DNA from: Lama guanicoe
Lineage: Eukaryota
NCBI GenBank assembly: GCA_013239625.1
Contig: MU054187.1
Span: 6,955,757-7,019,756 of the forward strand
Reading direction: 5' to 3'
DNA length: 64,000 bases
The notes beneath the pieces are model-generated. The model had not been told where the DNA came from and made no database searches. It saw only the letters and a program-made list of their open reading frames with translations. Shown piece after piece: positions 36,904 through 49,840 of this stretch. How positions within the stretch are numbered: position 1 is the stretch's first letter; each line of letters starts with the position of its first letter. Both the position numbers and the translations under genes were made by a program.

Positions 36904-39571
36904 AAGTGCGTGGAGGTGTTAACGCGCTGTTCTGCGTATGTTATGGCCTTGATGGAGTAGACAATATAAAGTGATGGATGTAGTGAATAGAGATAACCTG
37001 CATTTCCCTTGCACACCTCCTGCCATTGTATCTCACTATCTGAGGCAGCTGACTATTATATTTAGAGAAAATTGTCTTGGCAGCGAGGGTTGTTAAATAG
37101 TAAAACTGTTTGGCAAAGGAGTTTGGTAACCAGAATGTTAACATGGTTTGAAAACATGACAAAATATTCTGGTTTGAACGTAGCCTTTAATATGAGCTAG
37201 GATGTCATGAAAAAGATTTTTAACTTAATAAATATTTTCCACTTTCAAAAGCTAAGTGAACTCATTCGCAGGCCTCCAAAAGATAACCGAGGCCACCGCT
37301 TGGACTGTCACTTTGGCCGTAAGTGTGGTTGTTCCCTTGGTTGCCACGTTCCTATAACAAGCTTTTCCATCTCTTTCCCCTGTCAGGCGACAATGAGAAC
37401 ATGGGCTAGAGAATTCTAGGGATTTCCACACCTCTGACTGATCGACAGTCCGGGAGGTGGACGCCCCACTTGCCAGCACTGGTCAGCAGCACCCAAGGCC
37501 CTCACGATGCCAGCTGTTGAGCACAGGCCTGTGTCTGGGCTTCGACAGAGGTGAACAGGGCTGAGGAGCGTGGATGCTGGTCCAGGAGAGCCCTGTCCCC
37601 CGGGACGGGCAGGAGCGGCTGTCTCAGCCCTGTGAGATAGGCAAGCTTCCAAGATCAACCCCCGAGTTTCCGAACTTGAGTAGTTTCTGTTTAACATTCA
37701 AGTGACGTAAAGTGAGAGCAAGACAAAGGGAAGAGCTCCCTCAATTATTTTAAAGCATTTATGGTAAAAGCCTTGGTCTCAGCAATCTGCAGCTGCCATG
37801 GAAAACACGGGCACTTAAAGCAGATCACAACAGGTGAGCTCAATCAGACGTTCACGTGTGACATACAAGCCCGGCTGTAAGCCGTTCAGAAGAGCTATTA
37901 TGCCAATAAAGAGCGAATGGTAATGGGTTCTTTTTCTCCTGTGAGGCACAAATGGGGACTTTATAATTTACTTCTTACGGGGCCTGTTGAAAAAACCCAT
38001 TGTGATCTACTCTTGAGTTTCCCTGTTCTTAAAAATATCAATTACTTGGTTTTGCAATTAAAACATAAATTAACTCTGCTTTACTCCGTATTACATTTTC
38101 TAGAGTCATAAAGGTGAATAAAGTACTATTTGCATACTTTACAAGACCCTTTATCATTTCTGAATGTTTGGAACTTTAATTAGTTTGTTTTTTCTTCGCC
38201 TTGGCACTGACAGGCTTTCCCGGAGCTAAAAGTTTTACTTACTTTTTCTTTGTATGAGAACCTGTAAGAATGCTGAAATCAGTCTTCTCTCCATTCACCA
38301 AGACATTCTTATCTTGCTAATCAAATTCAAGCTGAAATTTTGCTCTTTGCCTAAATCTTCAAGCATGTGTGGAGCCACTTAATACAAGGGTGCCCTTTTA
38401 CTGTTTCCTCCACAACCCCCAGGAGTCAAACATCTAATCCTTTAGGTTTATAAAATATTGTTTGATTAGGATGGTGCTTTATTTATATTAAGGGAAAATA
38501 CTTTACAAATTACATAGAACAAGGAAATGAGGTGTCGTTTAGCAACATTAAGGTATGTCATTTCTCCACGTCTGTCCCAAACTAGGTAACATGGCCGGTT
38601 ATATGAATAGTTAAACTAAATGGACTTACTCCAGCCTAGGTCTCTATGGAATAGAGAGAATTTTATCTACAACCAGGACTAGGGCCCAGTGTCCTGACTC
38701 CTAGCTTAGGTTCTTTCCAAGTAATGATAGTGGGTTAGTATCAGTGAACACATACATATTCATGAGTTGTCCCCTGGACATGAATTTTTTAATAATATTT
38801 TTACTAATCTACATATGTAGGTTGATCATTCCCTCTTCTAACTTCTGGTTAAACTCCATCAATATTAAGCTGAGAAGTCCCTCTGTTCAGGAGGACATGG
38901 GAGCTGGAAACCCTCCTTGTCCCCAGTGGTGAAGGATCTCCCTGTGCTGCATTCAGCTGTGAGCGAGAGCCATGTTTATATTTTGAGCATTAATCATCCA
39001 AAGATTCAGTGACTTAGATGATTTTCTTGATTCTAAGGACTTAATGTAGGCAAAGGAACCAGAATAATAAAAATAGTTTTCACTGAAAAGTCAGTCATAG
39101 GTGCAGAGACTCCAGAATACCATAAAGGAATGAAGGATCCCAGAGGATGACCTCAGAGGTGACAACTAGGGTTACAGGGGGGCTTCCTTAATCAAGGGTA
39201 AGCTGAAGATCTGTAGGTGTCTTATGTCATTGTACTTTGTTGAAAGAGACCTTTCAGAAACGATAAATGCAAAGACAACATAGAACATGTGTTTGACAGT
39301 GTGTCGCATGTACTAAGTACCTAATATAGATCTGCTGAGTTCGCTCACCTTGGAAGCCTCCCTTTGTTGAAAGTCTCACTACCGGTGCGGTGCAGGATCT
39401 TTCAGGAGGACATACTGACACAATCTGTATTTAGAATCACAACTCTGAGAATCCTCCTAGTTCCGTAGCGGCAGAAATCCTCCCCAAATAGTGTTCCCCT
39501 CATGGAGACTGTCATTTCCTTCCTCACTGTCATTACCACCATCATAAGCATCTGCACCATCATCATGTCCC

Positions 39572-39800
39572 TTTATTGAGCACTTACTCTGTACCAGGCC
39601 CTCTACAGACATGATCTCATTTAACTCCCAGTCGTAACTCTGGAGAGTATTACTTGCCTCATTTCACAGATGAAGCATGAAAGCCCCAGGTGGGTATTGT
39701 TATTTTCATTTACATATTATTAACTGAGGCTCAGAGATATTATGTTACTTATTTAAATCACTCAGATAGTAACATGTGGATACAGAATATAAATAATCCA
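39572..39800 (-). mobile_element. MIR SINE(s), two overlapping core segments
   Basis: tttattgagcacttactctgtaccaggc...cctcatttcacagatgaag...aactgaggctcagagatatt. Confidence 0.8.
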
Positions 39801-39869
39801 GGCAGGTCCTTCTCACTTCAGCTCTGCCGGCTCTGCACAATTCCACAGTTAACCAGAAGAGAGAGTATT

Positions 39870-40250
39870 TTTAAAATTTTGTTTTAGTTTACGTGCCATA
39901 AAATTCAGTCTTTTTGATGACCATCCTATGAGTTTTGACAAATACATAGCATCATATAACCACAAGCACAATCAATATACAGAACAGCTCCATTAACCCC
40001 CAATTCCCTTGTGTTGTCCCTTTGTAGTTAAACCCTCTCCTGCCCCTCACCTTGGGCAGCAACTGATATGTCTTCTGTCTCTATACCTTTGTCGTTGCCA
40101 GAAAGGTGTAAAAGTGAGACCTGCAGTGTGCATGCTTTTTGGCCTGGTCCTTTTCCTTAGCATAATGCACCTGAGGTTCATTCAGGTCTCTGTGTGTATA
40201 AGCATGGGTGAGATGGATTGTATATATATGCCATCATTTGTTTATCCATT
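39870..40250 (-). mobile_element. Old L1 (L1MC/MD-like) 3' end
   Basis: ctatgagttttgacaaatacatag...tacagaacagctccatt...cttagcataatgcacctgaggttcattcagg. Confidence 0.85.
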
Positions 40251-40254
40251 GCAC

Positions 40255-40572
40255 AGTGCAGGATGGCCTCATCCTAGGACTGGTGGTCACCAGGCTATTG
40301 GCCAGGGAGCCTCGGGTCTCCTCCAGGTGACATCTCCCAGGGTAGGTGGGGCTCACTCACACAGAGGTCTCAGTGTACCAAGTGCAGTGGTTGGAATAGT
40401 GCTTGTGCACTGGGACTTCTCTTGCTTGCATAAGCATTTTTTTTCATCCTCTGCTGACATCTAATTTGCTGCTATTCTCTGAACCAAAGAAAGTCACTTG
40501 GCCAAGCCCCAGAGTTGCGGTGCAGAGAAAGAGACTCCACTTTTTGAAAGGACGTGGCAAAGTCACATTGCC
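40255..40572 (-). mobile_element. MLT1 (MaLR) LTR fragment
   Basis: ccaaagaaagtcacttggccaagcccca...agaaagagactccactttttga...ggcaaagtcacattgc. Confidence 0.7.
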
Positions 40573-40589
40573 AATTTCATAAATCAGGT

Positions 40590-40735
40590 AACTTGCTTCT
40601 TACTTGCTCCAAATCTCAGTTTGCTCACGTGTAAAAGTAGTTATAATAATACCCACCCCATAGGATTGTTTTGAAAATTAAGAATTTTGGAAAATAGAAA
40701 GCTCCTAATAAAGCACTATCACTGGTAAGTGGTAG
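40590..40735 (+). mobile_element. MIR SINE
   Basis: ctcagtttgctcacgtgtaaaa...ataataatacccaccccataggattgttttgaaaattaa. Confidence 0.75.
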
Positions 40736-41029
40736 CTGCAGTTACCGCTGGCGAGTCTGGAAAGTTTACTGCTAGGCGAAAACAAAAAACAAAAACACTA
40801 GGATATAAGGACATGTCTCTCTTACAGAGGAATGCTGGCTTCTGATTGCTCTGTCACCTCAATGCATGATTTTAGTTAAGTCTGATTTTTAAATAAATGA
40901 TAAAAATAACAAGTAAACAAATGAATTTATAATATGATAACTCTTGCTTTTTGACCTAACATGGTTACCAGGGGAAGAAGTTACAGCACGATTGAAGTGT
41001 CCAGGGTTATTAGAATGACTGACTTGGTA

Positions 41030-41236
41030 AGGCAGCATGATAGAGTGCAAAAGCCTGCTGGCCTTAGAAGCCCATGTTTGAGCACCAGTTCTGCCATTTA
41101 CTGAGCGGCCTCGGGAGAGTGACTTAACCTTTCTAAGTCTCGTTTCTCTCATCTGCAAAGTGTGACTTCTAAAACTCCTGTAATTCAACTCCCAGGTTGT
41201 CGTGAGGACCAAGTGAAATAGTGAGCTTGAAAACTC
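41030..41236 (+). mobile_element. MIR SINE
   Basis: ttctgccatttactgagc...gtgacttaacctttctaagtctcgtttctctcatctgcaaa...ggttgtcgtgagga. Confidence 0.85.
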
Positions 41237-42934
41237 CAAATCAATACGTGAAGGAGTGGAAGAGACGCGATAATGAATCAGACATCCCAGCTACATGGTA
41301 AAAGATGATACGTCTCTAAGATTTGGGATGTACAGGAAAGGTCATACTGCTTGTAGTAAAGGATTTTATTGATTTATAGAATCATCTTCACAGATGATCG
41401 CAAGTACCCATCCAGGCCGGGCAGGTAGCATAATTGACCTGGGTGTCACACAGCAGGAAATGGTGGATTCTGTAGTGAATGGAGGAGTTCTTGTCCCATC
41501 AGTGGCAGATAATCATCAACCACTACTTAGTTCTAGACAAATGCTGCCACATGGAACTGTGGGCCACGTGGTATAAGGGCCTATGCGATTTCAATAAAGC
41601 CAGAATGCTAGATTCTTTTTCCCCTTGATTAAGTTTATGTCCCAGATATAGAGTGGATGAAATTAAAATGTGCTCATGGCAGATTCACCACGCACCACGT
41701 GGCAGATTCACCATGCAGGCTGCCATTTTTGACCTCTGAGTAAGTCACTGTCAACTGACTTCTGTGCGAAGTGAAGTGGTTCATCTTACCTTCAGCACTG
41801 GTGCTTGCATTCAGAAAGGACCCATTATTTTATGGGGGACACAGGTGAATAAATAGATCACACTGACTATCATCGGCTTTGTTCCTCTTACGTGTGATCC
41901 TACCCCCAATTTCGAGGAGAAAACGGCAAAAACCTGTCTGTTGTGATAATATTCCTCCAGTTTGTCATATGTCTTGGTGCTGCTGTGACACGTTGGGAAG
42001 ATCACTTACCCACTTTCCTCATCTATAAAATGAAGACGTTGTGCTAGATTAAATGCAATTCTAAAATTCCACGTGTCTGTAGTAAGATTGGTAGTAATTA
42101 TAATTTTGAGCATACAGTTCCAAATGCTTTTCTGTCTTATCTTGAGGAAGGAGGAGCAACAACTCTGCTTATGGCTTCTTGTTGCCTGGGTAAATATCTG
42201 GCAACAAAAAGATTTCTCTTTTATATAAATTAAAAAATTACTCTCCAAATATTCTTCCGTGAGGTCTGGCGTTTTTAGCCTGGGTAAATTTAACTCATGT
42301 GCCTTGCTATTTAATGACATTCTGGAGTATCAGAATAAATTATTACCTCTTATCATAGAACACTAACTTTCAAAAATATTCTGTGGTTTTCCAAAATATT
42401 TGCTTTTAAATAGTTATAGACCTTAATTTACTAATATCGGACTAAAGCTGATATGCCGTATCAGCTTCTGTGCATCAACATTTACAACATAAATGTTATT
42501 GTGACGGTTTTACATGTTGAATAAAATGCTTGAGTTTTATAAATGTATTTTAAGATCCCCAAAGTTTTTTTTAGATTAATAACTTATATAGATAATTCCT
42601 AAGATATAAAACCTATTAGATTATCTTTGTTCAATTATAAATATAGCCATCTCTAATTTAATAGGTGAACATTATATGTGGGGCACAGATTTATTTCATG
42701 ATTTTAGCAAATAATATCTAAGCAAAACTTGTTTATAATGACTGGTCATAGTCATTTAGGCCCGACAAAAATAACATGTGGTGACAACAACAAAAAGCAA
42801 CACCAAGTGTTTGAGGAAAATCTTCAGGCGTAAGTCAACTAATTGCAGTTCACACCTAAGTGGCTACTTTTATCAAATCCCAGCCATTATACTGCACGCC
42901 AAGTTCTACTTCAGGCATTTTACAGTCATCCAAA

Positions 42935-43065
42935 TTAATTTTTAAAACAGTCATCAAGGTTGTATTATCCTAATTTTAAAAATAAAGACACCAGAGCTCA
43001 ATGAGTTTGCACAACTTTCCCAGTCGTCTTGTTTCCAAATTGGGATTCAGGCCAGATCCGACTGC
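42935..43065 (-). mobile_element. MIR SINE
   Basis: ggttgtattatcctaattttaaaaataaagacaccagagctca...aactttcccag...tgggattcaggccagatc. Confidence 0.6.
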
Positions 43066-46000
43066 TGTCCGTTGTGCTGAGAGTGTGGAAGGGCACGAGG
43101 CTTGCCTTCCGGTCCACAGTCTGGGCCCTCCAGGTGTTAGGAAATCTCTAGCTGACCAAACACTCTGTGGGTAAGGGAGCGGCTGGGTCATCAGCTTCGT
43201 TAATGGGCCAGGCTAGTGCCTTACACCTCCAAGACAGGGACTCCTCTGGTAAAACTGGGAAAAAACAGAACAAAACAAAAAAACCCTAGAGCGGGCCCTG
43301 CAGGTACAGCCCATATTGGCCTCACCTGCTGAGCTGCAGGTAGAGAGACTGCCAAGGGCAGATTCTCTGCCTGAAAACGTTCTGGCAGCGGGGAGGGAGG
43401 TTGCTCCGTGGAAACTGGCAACACAAAACCCCTCAACCAGAACACAGCCTCATCCACAGAAGAAAAAGCTCCCCAGTCGCACAACCAGTTGTGAGTCCCA
43501 ACCTTTTACATCTTAACTCCCCTCAGGGGGGAAACATGGCCCCAGGAACGCAAGGTCTCACCTGGTGTTGGGTACCTTTTCCTGTGCAGAAGAGCCACAG
43601 GGAGAAATAAGGGTAGAAATGCACTTCCCCGGCACTTCAGTGAGGGAAGCAGGTGCTGGCAGAGGTGCTTCCCTGGCCCGGCTCCCCCGTGCCCACCTCG
43701 GCCAGGCCGAGGTGGGGGCCCTGTCCAGCCACCCCAGGCAGCCGCGGCTGCACCGAGCTGAGGGTTTCTCTGGGCTGCCCTCTTTCTAGGGTGTAGAAAG
43801 GGTTTCGGATCACTGCATAATTGTCTCATTCCTCTTCCCGACATCTTGCAATAAACGTATTTGCAGAAAAGAGAAACTCTGAGCAAATTTGTTTAGCATA
43901 TCTGGATGCAGGAATATGCACAGGTGGATCTCAAGGAAAAGAGATGCCAAGAAAGCAGAATAACTGTTTGTTAGATAGCTTCCTGATGTAGCTCTGCACT
44001 TGAGGGGAATGCAATTACACCTCTAGGCCGATTGAGTATCATTTATTGCACAGTAGCAGTAATGACTTATCTTAGATAATGTTACTTTATCTAGTTTTGG
44101 GTTTGTTTTTTTTTTTGAGAATAATGGAATTTGGTTCAGTCTAAGGAGAGCCTGATGTGCCTTTCTGGCCTCTGCAGGAATAGATGGTCCAGAATAGTGG
44201 TTGTCTATGCGGACGCACACAGCTTTTTGTCTTGGTACCCATGGGAACTTTCCTTGGCTGCTCCGTGAGGAGGCCATGTCTCTGTCACAGCCTTAGTGGT
44301 CAAAGAGGTGGCTTTAATTAAAACATTTATTTAGATGAGACTTAAATGAAATGACACTAACTTGGTTGATGGAAATAATGGCCAAATTCAGAGTGTAGAA
44401 TACGGTAAAAACCAAGAGACAACATTAAATAAAAAGGATGAGCATTAAGATTACACCTGGGGTTGAACTGATGAAAGATGAAAACGAAAGAAAGGAGAGT
44501 CAGCCTGTAATACACAGAAAGGTAATTTGGTTACAATGAAGGGGGAAAAAATACACTGAAACGTATCAGACAAAATAGGAAAATTAGGAAACCCTATGGA
44601 TCAGAAGTAAAATGTATAAACATGTGACTTAAAAATAAGTTTTAGTGAAAATAAGGCAATGATAAAAATAAAGGCACGTGCCAATCTTTGAGGTTTAGTT
44701 TGCAGATTACAATGGGAAATATGAATATAGGTGGGTTTTTAACACCACAGTTGTTTAGTGTAGTATGAAGACGAGTTTGTGTGTATATGTGAAAAATATT
44801 AGATTCATTTGGGAAAATATTTAGTATCAAAAATGTCACAAACATTTTCTCGTGGTTCGTGGAGTGATGCTGTCTGACTCATTCTGTCCTGACTTGAGAG
44901 CTATCTTTTTGGCACATTAATCTCTGATTTTCTCTTAGTAAAAACCACCACCACCAAAAGTTCACTAGACAACTTGAAAAAATACTAATTAAAACACTAA
45001 ACCAATATTTAGTAGAAGAAAATTATGACTGATAAATTATCAAAGCTGCCGAATAGTTCAATATTCTATGAGGAGTGGGACAGTTTGAAAATTGTTACTA
45101 CAGAATATTTTTACTCTGAACAGTAGTTAAGTTTATTGGCAATTACCTGATTCCAGAGTAATTCAAAACTGAATAAACATGTAACACAGAGAAATAAATT
45201 TATTGAACCAACATAAAGAGCATTTCTTTAAGTGCAACTTTCTAAAAATGTGTATAATTTGATGGATGATTTTGTAGTCAAGTAAAGCTCACATTTAGAG
45301 CTAGTTTTCTCGTTTAAGGCTAGCATTTAGACAAGTTTTATAATTATAATGGGGAGTTGAAACATTTGAATTGTTTTGAGAGCCTTTAGCTTCATAAGCT
45401 TCAAAAAATTATCTTGCTTATTTGGCCACTTCATTATGCAAAGAAAAGCACAAATGTATTATATTCATTGAACCATTAAATGGGAGTCTAGCAAACCATT
45501 AAAATGAATAGGTCATCCCGAAACAGGACAGATAGAGCAGAAAAAAAATAAAACTTATGTTGATTAACTGTCAAAGTGTTGCATCTATTTGGTAAGATGA
45601 ACAGAGAAGCAACTATTTTCGGTGATTGTCTTTCCATTTTTAAAATCAGAATTCATACGTGTTGTTATTTAAAAGCTGCAGAGTGGATTTAAATAAAAAT
45701 ATCCTAACTACACTCTTCAAAAATACTAGAAATAAAATATATGATTTGGAGTTGAGAAAACTCGATTTCATATTCAACACTATAAGTCTCCTCCACCGTA
45801 ACAGCAGCACACATCTCCATGTTGACAGTGTGCAAAGGTGTTGATTTATTGGCATAAAAGATTAAGTAAAAGGTTAAGGAAGGTTATGACAGTGCGGAAC
45901 CCTATATTCTGTTTCAGCAGAATCTGTCTTCCTAGTTCATAGAAAATGTAAATTAAGCATTATTAGCTGGGAAGTGACACCAGAGAAATGCACGCTCAGT

Positions 46001-47496
46001 TGCTTGAAGGAGCCAACGTGTTTTCTTTTGAAACATCACGTGATATTCCGTTGTTGGTGTTTGAGGAAATTCTTGCTTCACTGGGAATTCTTTCAATATG
46101 GTATCACTTGGTCTTACAAATGCTTTTTGGGTAAGAAAACATCCTTGTAAATTTGGTTTTATTATTATTGGCAACTGTCTTTCCATTTGTTAATAATGAT
46201 AAGGAATTCAAGGGTTCAAACTTTACTAGTATCATAGAGGCTCGTAAAAAAGATGGTATGAAAGTTACTAATTATGTAAGGTCATAAAAACACTAATAGT
46301 TACCTCACTTATGCATATGTGCCACAGTCACAACTGGACACACAACACCAAATCAAGGCTTTAGTGTGTGTGGGAGAGCACACACATGCCAACACACACA
46401 CCTGCACACACACCCTAACATAACGGATCAGAATAGTCTTTAATTTCTTAGAACTTTTATAATATAATGTAAAACCATTAAAAGTATATAGAAGTTAGGG
46501 AATATTACTCCAGAAGGGTGGGAAAATACCAACAAAATGTAATTGGTAATACTGTACTAAAGCTGCAAGAATTTACTCCTTGTTTACCATGGATGGAAAG
46601 GTGCTATTTCCCAGATCTTGTAAAAGTCATAGACAGATATGTTACAGGGCAGGGGTGAGGAATTCAAAAACTAAAAATAAAGACAATGTGTATGCAGTAG
46701 TCGCAGACTCAAGTGGCCAAGGGATGCAACGTTATTTTTTAATAAATGTTAAACTTCAGAATCCAAGTCCCTATTCCCTTTGGTATCGCTTCTGGATAAG
46801 ACTGGCAAATTCATCAATTATCAATCAGAGTTTCAATTCAGGGTTTAAACTCAGCCAGTTCTGAGTTCTTATCCTCTCCCCACCCCACTCCTACCTCCCC
46901 CACGACCCCACTTCTCCCTCCGGTGGTATCTAAATTCCAGTGTGGAGTTGGGAGGCTTGGGCGTGGTTTATGGTCTTCAGGGAGAGGGCCACCTGGTCTG
47001 TGGGCATCCTCCATCCTCTTCTGACATTCAGAATGGTGTTTTGGAGCTGCTGATCTTCACTAACCTCTCCTAATCTTTATTGCATCCACTGCTGGAGACA
47101 GCTCGCATGACCCAGACCATGTCTGCACACCTGTCAGAGTCACGAGCATTTCCCTACTTCCTTTGAGACTACAGAAAATTCAGAAGACTGTTTTAAATCC
47201 TCTGTCTGAACGTGTCTTGCCATCTTTTCTTTTGGACTGATGCTTCACTATTCTGCTTTTGGAATCTATCCCAGAGAGTGTACTGTTTTAGTCTTCACCT
47301 AGAAATCCAACATAGGTCTCATCACCAATCAGACAGACACCTCTTCTCCAAAGGGAAAATCTATATAGACCTTCTTTAATTCTCATGCCCACCTCACACT
47401 GAGACTTTGTTTGGAGGGATAGTAGGATAGAGGTGCTGTCTCAGAAACCTCTGCCATTAGCTGAATCTCTTGCCTGCCTACATTCAACTGCCTGTT

Positions 47497-47966
47497 TGTA
47501 TCAGTTATCTAGTGCTGTGTAACAAACCATCCCAAATTTGTGGTTTAAAACAACCACCATTTATTTGCCCATGAATAGGCATTCTGGGCTGATTTTCTGC
47601 CAGTCTTATCTGAGGTCATTTAAGTGACTGTGGCCATCTGGAGCCTCAAGTCAGGTTGAAGATCTTCTTCCCATTGCTGCTACCTCAGCTGGGATGGCTG
47701 GGATACCTGAGGCCTGGCTGGACCTCTTTCTCATATAGATGCTCCATCAGTGTAGCTCAGCTGTTTAATATGGTCACTCAGGTATCCAGAAGTGAAAGCT
47801 GAAGCTGCCAGGCCTGTTTACCAGCACCTTGTAGCAGTCCCTTGGTCAAAGCAAGCCATCAAACTAGCTTAGATTCAGGAGAAGGGAAAATAGCATCCAC
47901 CTCTGGATGGGAGAGGGAAGTGAACTTACAGAGATGGGAAAATTGACACAGACTGTCTGTCCCACA
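47497..47966 (-). mobile_element. MLT1 (MaLR) solo LTR
   Basis: Begins tgtatcagttatctagtgctgtgtaacaaaccatcccaaa, contains ttggtcaaagcaagcc and tccacctctggatgggag, and ends ...ccaca (TG...CA termini). Confidence 0.85.
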
Positions 47967-48279
47967 GCATCTCCTCTGAGCAGGGAAAGAGGTTCTCTGT
48001 CGACATGAATTCTCACCCCCTCCAAGTCCTTCATGTTCTTAATATTTTGGAGATGATTAATTCAGAAAGGCCTAATTATTACAATGTAATGCATTAGCTC
48101 TGAATATTATTTGCAATAGGTCTTGAGATTTATTTTAGGTCAAAAGTTAACATTTGATTCTATTTGCATTCTCTCCTCCTCTGAGGAACTAAACCTCAGC
48201 TTCACGGTCTACTTTGAATAGTGGAAGGGCCATGAGAGTGGGAGGGGACACATTTTATAAATACATTTTAATGAATTAT

Positions 48280-48668
48280 CTGTTAAGACTGAGGGACTGA
48301 ATTTTTCATTTTAGTTGATCTTAATTAAGTTAAAATGTAAAAATAATCTGCATAAAATATTTTTCCATTACATGTAACTTTACTATTTTGGTAGGGCTGT
48401 ATTTCACTTTAATGAGTGAAAATTTGGTATCCAACTGGAAATAAAATACATATCATATTTCAAAGACTTAGTGTGAGAAAGAATGGAAACTATCTTATTA
48501 AAAACTTTTATGTTGATTATATGTTGAAATGATAATGTTTTAGATATAGTAAGTTAAACAGAATATATTAATGTTAATTTCATCTGTTCCTTTGTACTTT
48601 TTTATTCCTATGAGGGCATGTAATATTACATATATAGTTCCTATTATATTTCTGTTGAATGGTACTGG
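48280..48668. mobile_element. hAT-Charlie DNA transposon (Charlie1/MER33-like)
   Basis: atttcaaagacttagt...tatgttgattatatgttgaaatgataatgttttagatata...ttaatttcatctgttcctttgtactttt. Confidence 0.85.
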
Positions 48669-49128
48669 AGTAGACTCAAAGTTAGAACTTTAGCATCATT
48701 TTATTTGTCCTGGATATAAACTATTCTTTAAAAATAGAAATCTCACCTTTTATTTTAGTCTCTTAAGGGTATAAATTGTATTTTGAGATATGATATTAGC
48801 AACAATTTATTGAGAACCTACTTTATATTAAGTCCTCCATGTTTAGTCGTACTTAATCTGTTCTGCAAGAAAGTACGCTAAATTAGCTTACACTTTACTC
48901 CTAGAACAAGTCCTCCATTTGTTTTGCCCCATGACATTTCTTGTGTTAATTGCCATTAGGAAAACGTCCCCATCTACCACTTCAGAGAATCCTCTTGATG
49001 TGTCTTTGTTTCCTGGGTACCAGGTTAGAGTGACTTCCTTCAACATTTTCTATACTGTGATGATTAATCTCCTTTATTTTAACCTCAGTTTATTGTTCAG
49101 GGAGAGAGGATGGAGCCTTTGAACAGGC

Positions 49129-49207
49129 AATTTTATATATATATAAAATTTTATATAAAGATAAAATTTTATAATATATATATAAATATTTTATATATAT
49201 ATATATT
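49129..49207. repeat. AT-rich palindromic low-complexity repeat
   Basis: Almost pure A/T. Starts with the perfect 22-mer palindrome aattttatatatatataaaatt. Confidence 0.9.
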
Positions 49208-49639
49208 AGCAATCTGATGGAGTGCACAACAGGTGTCCACTAAGTATTATTCTGCATATTGGGACATTTGGAGTGTTCTTTGGGGTGTCTAGAGGAATCG
49301 TCTTAAACCTCCCAGCTCAGAAATGGCGTTTCTGTTATCAGCGGTGTCCTTCACCATATTTAAGATTTCAGTTTCATAAGGATGCCGTTGCCCTTGCTGC
49401 TCCAAAGACACTGATCCCTGCTACCATTCTGACGTTTAATTAGAGTAGAAGATAAAATTTAACATCCCACCTATGCCTTTAATGACCTATTTCCTTAAAC
49501 AAAAAAACCACATAAAGCTTCTAAAATCCACTGTGTTGTTACGCAGAGTGAGAATATGATTGTGTTGGAGTTATTTTGTTTAAATTAAAGCATTGCTATC
49601 TTGAAGGATGTACTTCTTTTTCCTCAGGAGCACAAACTC

Positions 49640-49840
49640 CTCTCCAAGCAATAACTCATTTAGATCTTCAAATTCTGCGGAGGGTGGTGGGCGATAAGCA
49701 GTACATCTCGTTTACGGGGAGACAATTGAAATACAGTGATGTGGCGAATTGCTCCAAGTCGCAGAGCACAGCTGTGTTGGAACTCGGAGTGGAACTGGGG
49801 TCTCCTGACTCCCAATTAGTCCTCTCTGCACTAGATCACA
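49640..49840 (-). mobile_element. MIR SINE
   Basis: tttacggggagacaattgaaatacag...ccaagtcgcagagc...gaactggggtctcctgactccca. Confidence 0.65.

Noticed and set aside
8534..43491. Plus-strand micro-exon candidates (e.g. ~8534-8564, ~13355-13393, ~37272-37318, ~43460-43490)
   Set aside because: Splice-like signals are present, but the translations match nothing I recognise and do not form a consistent reading frame. They are indistinguishable from background pseudo-exons without RNA data.
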